The notes under the pieces were generated by a model, which saw nothing but the letters and a program-made list of their open reading frames with translations, had not been told where the DNA came from and made no database searches. A stretch of DNA of 64,000 nt from an uncultured Synergistales bacterium (GTDB taxonomy: Bacteria > Synergistota > Synergistia > Synergistales > Aminobacteriaceae): positions 19,550 through 83,549 of the forward strand of contig CAJOGI010000007.1 in the NCBI GenBank assembly GCA_905234075.1, in the 5' to 3' direction. Both the position numbers and the translations under genes were made by a program. This document shows, in pieces, positions 28,149 to 37,861 of this stretch. The stretch's first letter is position 1. Each line of letters starts with the position of its first letter.

Positions 28149-28514
28149 TTACGCGGATTTTTTATAGCGGACGCCGTTATAAATGAAATCTGCCCGTCCG
28201 CGTATATTGCCGCTATAATTTTCGACGAAATAAATTTTTAATTCTTCAACACGGATTAACATCAGGGAGTAATTTAATCTTAGTCTGCTCATTTCGTACT
28301 CGTTCACATAATTACGCGGAGTTCCAAAAATATATTTATGCTCTTCTGTCGGGTGAATTTTTAGGACTTCTTCTAACTTCATTCGCCCCATTTTTAGCCA
28401 GGGCGTGTATTTGATCATGCAGTCTTCAGTGTGGTTGTGGTGTGGGATTTTTCGCGCTATTCCGATTCTGCCGACGTCGAGAGGCGCGCAGCTCCCGGAG
28501 TCGTTCACGAACAT
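28149..28514 (-). CDS. hypothetical protein, possibly a frameshifted continuation of the DUF488 gene
   Basis: The ORF opens 5 nt after the DUF488 ORF stop, in a different frame. The N-terminus SCAPLDVGRIGIARKI weakly resembles the DUF488 C-terminal CxE...CHR..IA segment. Confidence 0.25.
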   Translation of the reverse strand: MFVNDSGSCAPLDVGRIGIARKIPHHNHTEDCMIKYTPWLKMGRMKLEEVLKIHPTEEHKYIFGTPRNYVNEYEMSRLRLNYSLMLIRVEELKIYFVENYSGNIRGRADFIYNGVRYKKSA

Positions 28515-28518
28515 TAAA

Positions 28519-28827
28519 TTAAAATCCGCAAGCGGCTCGTCTGTCCATCAGAAAATTATATTGAACTTCGTAATTATCCCAAGTGATTTTTTCTTTTTTG
28601 TAGTCGTCTAAAATTTTTTTCGTGGGCGCGTATTCCTTGCGGTGTTCGTATTTACAGCCGCATATGACTTTGAGAAAATATTTTAAGTCTTTTTTCTTCG
28701 CGAATCCTGCGAGCTGTGTACTGTTGTGAAGCCGAACGTCAATTAGAAGTTTTATATTTTTCTGCCTTATCGTCTCAAAAAATTGTTCGGCTGATTTTTG
28801 AGTGAAGCCGATTGTGTAAATAATCAT
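28519..28827 (-). CDS. DUF488-family protein (N-terminal portion, possibly truncated by a frameshift)
   Basis: MIIYTIGFTQKSAEQFFETIRQKNIKLLIDVRLHNST matches the DUF488 N-terminal signature (IYTIGHS...DVR). The ORF ends early. Confidence 0.45.
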   Translation of the reverse strand: MIIYTIGFTQKSAEQFFETIRQKNIKLLIDVRLHNSTQLAGFAKKKDLKYFLKVICGCKYEHRKEYAPTKKILDDYKKEKITWDNYEVQYNFLMDRRAACGF

Positions 28828-29028
28828 TTTCCTGACGAAGGATTATAAATAAAAAAAACTTTAGGAACGGTTACACTCTTGAGCTTAAACATAATAACTC
28901 TCCCCTCTAAAAATTAAACACGGTAAAAATATTATACACGTAATCACTAATCCTTCTAATTTTTAATTAATTTTAAGAATGGTAGAATTACAGTCGGATA
29001 AAAATTTTTCTCAGGGAGGAATTTATAA

Positions 29029-30348
29029 ATGTTCAGGAAAACAGCTTTAATAATATTGCTTGTTATGGCCCTTGCTCCGATGGCGTGGGCGGACGAACAG
29101 GAAGCAGTACAGGCACCGTCAGAGGCAGAGGTCGAAGTTCAGAATGTCTCAGAAGAAGTTGCAGTGCAGACCGAAACCGAAGCTCCGGAGGAGCCCGACG
29201 AACTGACGCTCAAAGAAAACGTGCTCAATGAGAAAGCAGCAGAGCTTGAGAAACTCGCGGCCTCTTTGACTGAGCGTGCGGCGGCATTGTCAAAGAATGA
29301 AAAAGATTTTGCCGCGAAGGCCGCCGTGCTTTCGGGAAAAAGCAAAGAAATTTCCGGCACTGCCACAATGCTGTTAGGGCGCGAAACGCAGGTAAATTCC
29401 CGCGAAAAAGATATTATGTCGCGTGAAGCCGGGCTTGCAAGACGTGAGATGGCGTTTGCCCAAGAAAGCCAGAAGTTTACCGAAGCGTCAGCGGCTTTGA
29501 CAGCGCGTGAAGCTGACATAGCAAAAAGAGAAGCCGACCTCGCTGCACGTGAGAGCGAACTGAACGCGAAAATTTCAGCAAAAGAAGAAGCCGATAAAAT
29601 TTCAGCGCGTGAAGCAGATTTAGTGAAGCGTGAAGCAGCTTTGACAGAGCGCGAAAATACACAGAACAGGCTCGCCGCACTTGAGAGTGAATTAAACGCT
29701 AAGGCCGAAGAATTAAAATCACGCGAGGAAGAAGTCGCAAAGCGTGAAAATTCTGCAACGGAGCAGGAAAAAAATATTTCGGCAGCTATCAAAGAGATCA
29801 ACGAACACGAAGCCGCGACCGCGAAAAAAGATTCAGAACTTAACGCACTCGAAAAAGATTTTGCCGCGAAGAGCAAGAAACTTGCCGACGATACAAGCGC
29901 ACTGACGGCACGTGAAGCCGCGTTGGCAAACCGCGAAAAAGCCGCAATCGTTAAGGCTGCCGAAGTTGCTGAACTTGAGACTTTAATTAAAGAGCTCCCG
30001 GCATTCGACCCTAATAACTCGACTGAAGCCGCAATGATTTTGACGTATAAACTTCCGGCGCAGACAAGACGCGATTTAATCGCAATGCAGAGGACGGCGT
30101 ATCAAAAATACAGCTCCAACAGAGTTACTCAGGCTCTCGAAGATTATGCGAAGGCTTACGAGACTGCCCCCGACGCAAATTATTTAGCGGCATACTGGGC
30201 AGGACTTTCAGCAGAGAGACTTCGCAACAGGCGCGATGACGCTCTCGAATGGGCGAACAGGGCATTAACGATTAATCCGGAATACAAACCCGCGCAGGAA
30301 CTTAAAGCCAGGCTTGAACGCGGCCAGAGAAGACGCGGCAGCAGGTAG
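29029..30348 (+). CDS. secreted coiled-coil repeat protein with C-terminal TPR-like region
   Basis: Signal peptide present. Tandem AREADxAKREAxLxARE repeats are present. The stop codon TAG is the first TAG of the downstream heptamer repeat. Confidence 0.5.
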   Translation: MFRKTALIILLVMALAPMAWADEQEAVQAPSEAEVEVQNVSEEVAVQTETEAPEEPDELTLKENVLNEKAAELEKLAASLTERAAALSKNEKDFAAKAAVLSGKSKEISGTATMLLGRETQVNSREKDIMSREAGLARREMAFAQESQKFTEASAALTAREADIAKREADLAARESELNAKISAKEEADKISAREADLVKREAALTERENTQNRLAALESELNAKAEELKSREEEVAKRENSATEQEKNISAAIKEINEHEAATAKKDSELNALEKDFAAKSKKLADDTSALTAREAALANREKAAIVKAAEVAELETLIKELPAFDPNNSTEAAMILTYKLPAQTRRDLIAMQRTAYQKYSSNRVTQALEDYAKAYETAPDANYLAAYWAGLSAERLRNRRDDALEWANRALTINPEYKPAQELKARLERGQRRRGSR

Positions 30349-30410
30349 GAATTAGGAGTTAGGAGTTAGGAGATTTTTTATTTCCTAATTCCTAAATTCT
30401 CATTCCTCAT
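30343..30410 (+). terminator. terminator hairpin formed by direct and inverted TAGGAGT-family repeats with a T-run
   Basis: The sequence is caggtaggaattaggagttaggagttaggag-atttttta-tttcctaattcctaaattctcattcctca. Confidence 0.6.
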
Positions 30411-30440
30411 AAAAAAATAAAGAGGAGAGTTTTTTACAGT

Positions 30441-31583
30441 TTGGAAGATTTATACGAAATTCTCGAAGTCTCTAGGGACGCTACACAGGCCGATATAAAA
30501 AAAGCTTATCGAAAACTCGTCAAAGAATATCACCCGGACGCTCACCCGGGCGACAAAGACATAGAAGAAAAATTCAAGAAGATTAACGCGGCTTATTCAG
30601 TTCTCAACGACCCAGAGAAGCGGGCGCGTTATGATCAGTTTGGAACGACGGACCCAAATTCTAACCCGTTCGGCGGAATGGGCGGCATGGACTTGGGCGA
30701 CCTGTTCGGCGATTTATTTTCGCAGGCCTTTGGCGGAGGCTTCGGAGGCTTCTCAAGCAGTTCACGCCGTCAGAGCAACCCTAACGCGCCAAGACGCGGC
30801 AATGACATTGAGACGCTTGTTAATGTAACTTTGCTCGAAGCCATGACGGGAGTTACAAGAGATATTAACGTCATGAAGTGGGAAACCTGCCAGCACTGCA
30901 ACGGAACAGGAGCGAAGCCGGGCACGAAGCCGGAGACTTGTTCACGCTGTAAAGGCACGGGGCAGGTCAGACAGACACAGCAAAGTTTATTCGGTCAGTT
31001 CGTGAGCATTACGACATGCCCGGATTGTCATGGAACTGGAAAAGTCATAAAAGAAAAATGCGATGAATGCGAAGGACGAGGCCAAGTCCGCAAGAAACAT
31101 AAACTTGAAGTTAAAATTCCTGCCGGTGTTGAGCGCAACATGCGTCTAAGGATACCCGGAGCAGGCGAAGCAGGAACGAACGGAGGCCCGGCCGGAGATT
31201 TATATTTAATAATTGACGTTGGACTTGACGCAAATTTTGAACGCAGCGGCGCGGATTTGCACACAACATTAATTTTGACATATCCTCAGGCAGTTTTAGG
31301 GACTGAAGCAGAGATAAAAACTCTTGACGGAACCCTCGAAAAAATTTCCGTGCCTGCCGGGACTTCACACGGGCAAATATTAAAAGTCAAAGGCAAGGGA
31401 ATGCCAAAGGTTAATTCAAAATCAAGAGGCGATTTATACGCGCATGTCTTTATTGAAATTCCAACGAAATTAACTGAAAAACAGCGCGAATTAATAAAAT
31501 CTCTTGCCGATGAAATGAAAGCCCCCGTCAGTGAGAATAAATCAGGCTTTACGGATTGGCTGAAGGAAAAATTATTTAGTTAA
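30441..31583 (+). CDS. dnaJ: molecular chaperone DnaJ
   Basis: J-domain with HPD, a G/F-rich linker, and four CxxCxGxG zinc-finger repeats. TTG start. Confidence 0.9.
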   Translation: MEDLYEILEVSRDATQADIKKAYRKLVKEYHPDAHPGDKDIEEKFKKINAAYSVLNDPEKRARYDQFGTTDPNSNPFGGMGGMDLGDLFGDLFSQAFGGGFGGFSSSSRRQSNPNAPRRGNDIETLVNVTLLEAMTGVTRDINVMKWETCQHCNGTGAKPGTKPETCSRCKGTGQVRQTQQSLFGQFVSITTCPDCHGTGKVIKEKCDECEGRGQVRKKHKLEVKIPAGVERNMRLRIPGAGEAGTNGGPAGDLYLIIDVGLDANFERSGADLHTTLILTYPQAVLGTEAEIKTLDGTLEKISVPAGTSHGQILKVKGKGMPKVNSKSRGDLYAHVFIEIPTKLTEKQRELIKSLADEMKAPVSENKSGFTDWLKEKLFS

Positions 31584-31598
31584 TGGAGAAAAAAATTT

Positions 31599-32402
31599 AT
31601 GATAATTGATATTAGTGATTTAGGCTCGATAATTTCCGGGCTTGGAACGATTGCAGTAGCTGTTTTTTTTCTTTTAATCGTGCTGTCAACGGCGATTAAA
31701 GTTGTGCCTGAATACAGGCGCATTGTTTTATTCAGACTGGGCCGTCTTGTTGGGAGCAGAGGGCCTGGAATTGTTTTCATAATGCCTTTTATTGACCGTG
31801 CCATAACGGTTGATTTAAGAATTTTGACGCTCGATGTTCCTGTTCAGGAAGTCATCACAAAAGACAACGTAGCTATAAAAGTCAACGCCGTTGTATATTT
31901 CAGAGTGCTTGAACCGTCAAAATCAGTTGTCGAAGTTGAAAATTACATCGTAGCAACAAGCCAATTAGCTCAGACAACTTTGCGCTCTGTCGTAGGATCT
32001 GTTGAGCTTGACGAAGTTTTATCATCGCGTGAAAAAATCAATCAGGAGCTGCAAAAAATTATTGATGACCGCACCGACCCATGGGGCATAAAAGTCAGTG
32101 CAGTTGAAGTTAAAGAGCTTGAATTACCTGAAGGAATGAAACGCGCAATGGCTCGCCAGGCCGAAGCAGAAAGAGAGCGCAGGGCAAAAATCATCGCCGC
32201 TGAAGGAGAATTGCAGGCCGCTGAAAAATTATCGGAAGCCGCACGCAAAATGGAAGCATCGCCGATTACTTTACAGTTGCGCTATTTACAGACCATACGC
32301 GAGATTTCCGGCGAACGCAATACAACAACATTCTTCCCTGTTCCGGTTGATTTAATCAAGCCGTTTGTAGATAAGCTGACTGGCGGTGAAAAGAGCGCAT
32401 GA
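31599..32402 (+). CDS. SPFH/Band-7 (stomatin-like) family protein
   Basis: N-terminal TM helix followed by an SPFH domain and an [16 protein letters not shown] coiled-coil tail. Confidence 0.8.
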   Translation: MIIDISDLGSIISGLGTIAVAVFFLLIVLSTAIKVVPEYRRIVLFRLGRLVGSRGPGIVFIMPFIDRAITVDLRILTLDVPVQEVITKDNVAIKVNAVVYFRVLEPSKSVVEVENYIVATSQLAQTTLRSVVGSVELDEVLSSREKINQELQKIIDDRTDPWGIKVSAVEVKELELPEGMKRAMARQAEAERERRAKIIAAEGELQAAEKLSEAARKMEASPITLQLRYLQTIREISGERNTTTFFPVPVDLIKPFVDKLTGGEKSA

Positions 32403-35041
32403 AATACAGAACTGCAAAAGAATTACGGGAGATGTTCATAAAATTTTGGGAGGAGAAAGGCGCAAAGCACCTCCCAAGTTTTTCATTAGTTCCTGAAGAT
32501 CCGTCGCTGTTGTTCACTATTGCAGGAATGGTGCCGCTTAAGCCCTATTATTTAGGAATTAAAGAGCCTGAATACCCAAGAGTTGTAACGTCTCAAAAAT
32601 GTGTTCGCACTAACGATATTGAAAACGTCGGAAGAACTGCGCGTCATCATACATTTTTTGAGATGTTGGGGAATTTTTCATGGGGAAGTTATTTCAAGCG
32701 TGAAGCGATAACTTGGGCATGGGAATTTTTAACGGAGCGTGTAGGGCTTGACCCCGAAAGACTTTACGCGACAATCTATAAAGACGATGAAGAAGCCTAT
32801 AATGTTTGGCACAAAGACGTAGGACTTCCGGAAAATAAAATTTTCAGATTTGGACAGGACGACAATTATTGGTTTATGGGCGATACGGGGCCCTGCGGGC
32901 CATGCTCTGAGATTTATTACGACAGGGGCGAAAAATATTCATGCGGTAAACCGACCTGCGGAGTCGGCTGCGACTGCGACAGATATATGGAGATATGGAA
33001 CTTAGTTTTCACGCAGTTCGACAGACAAAAAGACGGCTCTTTGCCGTTACTGCCGCACAAAAATATAGATACGGGAATGGGACTTGAGCGTCTTGCTTCA
33101 GTCGTTCAGGAGGTCGATACTGATTACGAGACGGATTTATTTACGCCGCTGATAAAGCATACTTGCGAAAAAGCCGGAATAAAATACGGCGATAATCCTA
33201 AAAATGACATGGCCGTTAGAGTTATAGCCGACCATGTGAGAAGCGTTGCTTTTATGCTTGCTGACGGTGTTCTGCCTTCAAACGACGGGCCCGGCTATGT
33301 TCTTAGAAGATTGTTAAGACGCGCTGTGCGTTTTGGTAAATTGTTGAATTTTGACGGGCTTTTCCTTTGTGAATACATGCCGATTTTAATTGACATAATG
33401 GGCGAGCCTTACCGCGAATTAATTACACAGCGTCCAGTAATCGAACAGATTATTAATCTCGAAGAAGAGAAATTTAACAAGACATTAAAGCAGGGCACAG
33501 AGCTTTTTGACAGTGAGATAGCCTCGTTAAAAGCAAAAAATATAACTCAAATTCCAGGCGATGTAATTTTTACATTGTATGATACTTTCGGATTTCCGCC
33601 GGAATTAACCCGCGAAATGGCTAGCGAGCAGAATTTTACTCTTGATGAAGAGGGCTTCAAGGCCGCAATGAACGAACAGAAAGAACGCGCAAGGGCATCA
33701 AGCAAACAAAAGAAAAGCGCGTTGACAGGCGATATTTACACGGAGCTTGAAAACGAGTTCGGAGCAACAAAATTTACGGGTTACGAAAAAGCTAACGATA
33801 CGGGAAAAATTTTGGCTCTCATCACATCAGACGGACGGGTTGACAGCGTAACATCAGGCGAATTTGAAATTATCCTCGATACAACGCCGTTTTACGCTGA
33901 ACGCGGCGGAGAAGTAGGCGATATCGGCACAATGACAATAAACGGCCATGCAATAGAAATATTAAATACAATTCCTCATGGAAAAATCATTGTACATAGT
34001 GCAAGGCTTAAAGATAAGAACGAAATCAAAGTCGGCGACGAGGTTTTGTGTTCAGTTGATGATGAAAGAAGAAGCGCAATCAGACGCAATCACACAGCAA
34101 CGCATTTGTTACACGAGGCATTAGGGCGCATCTTGGGCCGTCATGTAAGGCAGGCAGGCTCGCTTGTTAATGATATGTTTCTGAGATTTGATTTTACTCA
34201 TCATTCACCAATGAGCGACACTGAAATTGCAGAAGCTGAAAAAATTATCAATCAGGAAATATTAAATAATGTGCCTCTCGATATTTCCGAACATTCAAAA
34301 GAAGAGGCTCAAGCACTCGGCGCAAAAGCCCTCTTTGATGAAAAATACGGCGATGTTGTCAGAGTTGTAAATGTCCCTGAATTTTCTATGGAACTTTGCG
34401 GAGGTTTGCACGTTTCAAGAACAGGCGATATAGGCGCATTCAAGATTTTACGAGAGGAGAGCATTGGCTCAGGCACTCGCAGAATTTTGGCAACAACGGG
34501 CATGAATGTTTTAATGCTGATGCAAAAGTTATTTGCGTTAAGAAATTCATTGACCGCGCTTTTAATGACTGATGAGGACGGATTGAAAGATAAAGCAGCT
34601 GCTCTTGTCGATGACTTAAAGACAATGAAAAATCAAATTCAAGCCGCAAAATTAAAGGAGCTTTTGGAAAATTCCGAGAGATTTTTGGAGCGTGAGGAGC
34701 TTGACGGAATTTTAATTCAGACGGGGAGATTTTCTGACATTCAAGCAAACATGCTGCGCGACATCGGAGACAAAGCACGCGCAAGACCTGAGCCGAATAT
34801 CGTTATTTTAGCGTCATTGAGTACTGAAGATAATTCGTGCCAATTATGCGTCATGGCTGATGACAAAGCCGTCAACATGGGAATTAACGCCGGTGTTTTG
34901 GTAAAAGAAGCCTGCGTTATTCTCGGCGGTAAAGGCGGCGGCAGGAAAAATCTTGCTCAAGGCGGAGGACGCAACGGCGAAAAACTCGAAGAAGCATTAA
35001 CAAAAATCCGCGAGCTTGTGGAAACTCAAATTAAAAAATAA
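32399..35041 (+). CDS. alaS: alanine--tRNA ligase
   Basis: 880 aa. Class II AlaRS motifs are present, plus a zinc HxxxH editing domain and a C-terminal DHHA1 domain. Confidence 0.95.
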   Translation: MKYRTAKELREMFIKFWEEKGAKHLPSFSLVPEDPSLLFTIAGMVPLKPYYLGIKEPEYPRVVTSQKCVRTNDIENVGRTARHHTFFEMLGNFSWGSYFKREAITWAWEFLTERVGLDPERLYATIYKDDEEAYNVWHKDVGLPENKIFRFGQDDNYWFMGDTGPCGPCSEIYYDRGEKYSCGKPTCGVGCDCDRYMEIWNLVFTQFDRQKDGSLPLLPHKNIDTGMGLERLASVVQEVDTDYETDLFTPLIKHTCEKAGIKYGDNPKNDMAVRVIADHVRSVAFMLADGVLPSNDGPGYVLRRLLRRAVRFGKLLNFDGLFLCEYMPILIDIMGEPYRELITQRPVIEQIINLEEEKFNKTLKQGTELFDSEIASLKAKNITQIPGDVIFTLYDTFGFPPELTREMASEQNFTLDEEGFKAAMNEQKERARASSKQKKSALTGDIYTELENEFGATKFTGYEKANDTGKILALITSDGRVDSVTSGEFEIILDTTPFYAERGGEVGDIGTMTINGHAIEILNTIPHGKIIVHSARLKDKNEIKVGDEVLCSVDDERRSAIRRNHTATHLLHEALGRILGRHVRQAGSLVNDMFLRFDFTHHSPMSDTEIAEAEKIINQEILNNVPLDISEHSKEEAQALGAKALFDEKYGDVVRVVNVPEFSMELCGGLHVSRTGDIGAFKILREESIGSGTRRILATTGMNVLMLMQKLFALRNSLTALLMTDEDGLKDKAAALVDDLKTMKNQIQAAKLKELLENSERFLEREELDGILIQTGRFSDIQANMLRDIGDKARARPEPNIVILASLSTEDNSCQLCVMADDKAVNMGINAGVLVKEACVILGGKGGGRKNLAQGGGRNGEKLEEALTKIRELVETQIKK

Positions 35042-35170
35042 CAAAGGAGAATGTTTTTTGAAATTTAATTTATTGGATACTGCTTCAGGCTGGGAGGTCT
35101 GGAGCAGGTAAGAACTCTCAGAACCTCCGATATAACAAAAAATTTAATTTTATTTTGGAGGTTTGCGAAA

Positions 35171-35587
35171 TTGAACAGAGAAAATAAAAGGAAGCTGTTT
35201 GAGAAAGGCTATTACAAAAATCACGCCTGTAATGACGGCTTTACGTGCAAAGAATGCGGCTGGAAAGTTAGCCCGCCTCTTTACGGTGAAAGGCACAGAA
35301 ATCACTGCAATAATTGCCTATCGAGCCTTCATCTTGATAACGAGCCGGGCGACAGAGAAGCCGACTGCGGAGGAATTATGGAACCCATAGGCGTTTGGGT
35401 TAAGAAAAATGGCGAGTGGGCAATTATTCATCGCTGTAAAAGGTGCGGTCATTTAAGTTCCAATCATGTTGCGCCCGATGACAATCCAGTCAAGCTGATG
35501 TCTATTGCAATGCACCCGATAGCTTGTCCGCCGTTTCCTATTGAACGTATTGAGGAAATGGTGAAAGCTATGAGCAACGAAATATAA
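35171..35587 (+). CDS. RNHCP-domain (PF12647-like) Cys/His-rich zinc-ribbon protein
   Basis: 138 aa containing the RNHCNNC motif and multiple CxxC pairs (CKEC, CNNC, CKRC). TTG start with a ggagg SD. Confidence 0.55.
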   Translation: MNRENKRKLFEKGYYKNHACNDGFTCKECGWKVSPPLYGERHRNHCNNCLSSLHLDNEPGDREADCGGIMEPIGVWVKKNGEWAIIHRCKRCGHLSSNHVAPDDNPVKLMSIAMHPIACPPFPIERIEEMVKAMSNEI

Positions 35588-35652
35588 TTTTGTTCTCCCG
35601 TTGTTTATGTGTTATTATAACGGGAGAATTTTTCAAATTTAACGAAAGGAGC

Positions 35653-37407
35653 ATGAAAAAATTGCCAAAATTAGAGACAAAAGACAAGACAGTTAAGCAA
35701 CTTTTTGAAGACAATAGAACGCATTTCCTTATTCCCGATTATCAACGGCCTTATGAATGGGACGATAAAGAGTGCGGTACTTTATGGACAGATTTATATA
35801 CGTTTGCGTTCCCTGATAATGAGCCTGAAAAATTTGATTGGGATAATAACGAATATTTTTTAGGGCCGATTGTTACTTTTACCAATGAGAACAGCGCAAA
35901 AGAAGTAATCGATGGACAACAGCGTCTTACAACGTTAATGCTTTTGCTTCGGGCATTTTATACGGAATTTGAAAAGAAACAAGATAAAAATTCCATTAAA
36001 GCTCGCGACCAAATAGGGGCGTGTATTTGGAAAACAGATGAAATTGATGATACTCCGGATATGGCTTCTTGCAAACTTGAGACCGAAGTAGCAACAGATG
36101 AGGCAAAAGAAGACTTCAAGGAAATTTTGAAAACAGGCGCAATCTCAAAAGACAAAAAAAGCCGTTATGCCAACAATTACAGATTTTTTCAAAATAAAAT
36201 CACTGAGTTTCTTCAAAAATATGACGGTTATTTAGCACACTTCTCCGCAAGAATTTTGAAAAATTGTATAATCCTTGATATCTTGGCCAGTTCCTCCGAA
36301 GCAGCGATGAGAATTTTCACAACCCTCAACGATCGCGGCAAGCCGTTATCTGACGCAGATATTTTCAAGTCTCAGCTCTATAAATATTACAAAGAACTTG
36401 AAAACAAAGATAAATTTATCAAACGTTGGAAAGAATTAGAAGAAGTTTCTTCTGAAATTTATCATCCTATTGTAGGTACTCCAATGGACGAGGCTTTCAC
36501 TCGTTACATGTATTACGAGAGAGCAAGGCAGGGGAACAAATCATCAACGATAGAGGCTCTGCGAAAATTTTATGAGAAAGACTCATATGCCCTTTTGAAA
36601 AATGGTGCGACGTTCGACAACATCGTTGACCTTGCAAATTTTTGGAAGTCCGTTTCCTTGCAGGACAAAGAAAGATTTTCTGATAAAATTCTCAAGCGTC
36701 TTTTCGTTTTGAATTACGCCCCCAACGGAATGTGGACTTACATAACGTCAGTTTATTATATTCGGAATAGGAGCGAGAACGGTTTGCTTGATGAGGAAAA
36801 GTTTTATGATTTTCTGAACAAAATCACCGCTTTCATATGGGGATATTCTTTCATAAATCCCGGCGTGAACGCGCTCAGAACTCCCATATATGCTGAGATG
36901 GTTAATATTGTCGATGATAAAAGAGTTGAATTTAAGGAATATAAAATTGATTTGAATCAGCTCGAAAACGCTATTAAAAATTACGTGTTCACTAATACGC
37001 GCACCATTACTAAATCAATGCTTGCATGGTGGGCTTTTAACGATGAAAATCAAGAGCTGCTGGAATTGAATAAATCGTTTCAAATTGAACACATTTACGC
37101 AAAAAAACGACTTGAATTTGACCGTAGCTTTTCAAATCCACACAATATCGAGTTATTAGGGAATAAGGCGTTACTGGAAGGCAACATAAATATTCGCGCC
37201 TCCGATTATCATTTTGCGGATAAAGTTAAATATTATAAGGGGTTCAAAAATTCACGCGGTCAATCAATAGGCGGAACCTCCATTAAAGAGCTTCAGGACT
37301 TGGCTAAAAATGCTAAGGACTTCACCGAAAACGATATAGTCCAGCGCAACGCTTTAATCGTTCAAAAGTTCATTGAGTATCTGAGAAAGAATGACCTCCT
37401 CAAATAA
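35653..37407 (+). CDS. GmrSD-type (type IV restriction-like) nuclease: N-terminal DUF262 (ParB/NTPase-like, DGQQR) plus C-terminal DUF1524 (His-Me finger)
   Basis: IPDYQRPYEWDDKEC...IDGQQRLTTL is the DUF262 signature. The C-terminal segment FQIEHIYAKK...NPHNIELLGNKAL is DUF1524-like. The start was chosen at MKKLPK, where an ATG follows a gaaaggag SD. The ORF track start at 35590 is probably too long. Confidence 0.7.
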   Translation: MKKLPKLETKDKTVKQLFEDNRTHFLIPDYQRPYEWDDKECGTLWTDLYTFAFPDNEPEKFDWDNNEYFLGPIVTFTNENSAKEVIDGQQRLTTLMLLLRAFYTEFEKKQDKNSIKARDQIGACIWKTDEIDDTPDMASCKLETEVATDEAKEDFKEILKTGAISKDKKSRYANNYRFFQNKITEFLQKYDGYLAHFSARILKNCIILDILASSSEAAMRIFTTLNDRGKPLSDADIFKSQLYKYYKELENKDKFIKRWKELEEVSSEIYHPIVGTPMDEAFTRYMYYERARQGNKSSTIEALRKFYEKDSYALLKNGATFDNIVDLANFWKSVSLQDKERFSDKILKRLFVLNYAPNGMWTYITSVYYIRNRSENGLLDEEKFYDFLNKITAFIWGYSFINPGVNALRTPIYAEMVNIVDDKRVEFKEYKIDLNQLENAIKNYVFTNTRTITKSMLAWWAFNDENQELLELNKSFQIEHIYAKKRLEFDRSFSNPHNIELLGNKALLEGNINIRASDYHFADKVKYYKGFKNSRGQSIGGTSIKELQDLAKNAKDFTENDIVQRNALIVQKFIEYLRKNDLLK

Positions 37408-37831
37408 TAATCCCGGCCGCGTCTTGGCCCTCGACATCGGCACAGTCAGAATAGGCGCGGCAATTTCTGACCCTAATCAGATAATCGCTCAGGGCTTGGG
37501 CGTGTGGAACGCTGAAAATGACGAATGGCTCAAAAATTTTGACGAGTGTTTGAAAAAATATGCCCCGTCTTTAATTGTTCTTGGCCTGCCCGTTCGGACT
37601 GACGGCAAAAAAAGCGAACGCGCTGAAAAAATTTTAGAGCTTCTCGAAAAATTAAAACTTCAATATCCCGACAGAAATTTTATAACTCATGACGAAAGAT
37701 TTACAACGGTTATAGCTCAAAGAGCGTTGCTCGAAGCCGACACTTCCCGAAAAAAAAGGAAAAAAACCGTTGACAAAATCGCTGCTGTCATTATTCTTGA
37801 AAATTGGCTGGAATTTTCCCACCGTAAATAA
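37391..37831 (+). CDS. ruvX: Holliday junction resolvase-like protein RuvX (YqgF)
   Basis: VLALDIGTVRIGAAISDP matches the YqgF N-terminal motif. The start overlaps the end of the upstream gene by 17 nt. Confidence 0.85.
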   Translation: MTSSNNNPGRVLALDIGTVRIGAAISDPNQIIAQGLGVWNAENDEWLKNFDECLKKYAPSLIVLGLPVRTDGKKSERAEKILELLEKLKLQYPDRNFITHDERFTTVIAQRALLEADTSRKKRKKTVDKIAAVIILENWLEFSHRK

Positions 37832-37861
37832 ATTTTAATAACAAAACTGGAGGAATTTTAT

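Noticed and set aside
29139-29876. 245-aa minus-strand ORF
   Set aside because: It is antisense to the coiled-coil repeat gene. The Ala/Ser-rich translation is a by-product of GCN-rich repeats.
35590-35652. TTG-initiated 21-aa N-terminal extension of the DUF262 gene (ORF-track start)
   Set aside because: The extension (MFSRCLCVIITGEFFKFNERS) has no family similarity. An ATG with an upstream gaaaggag SD at 35653 (MKKLPK…) is the more plausible start.
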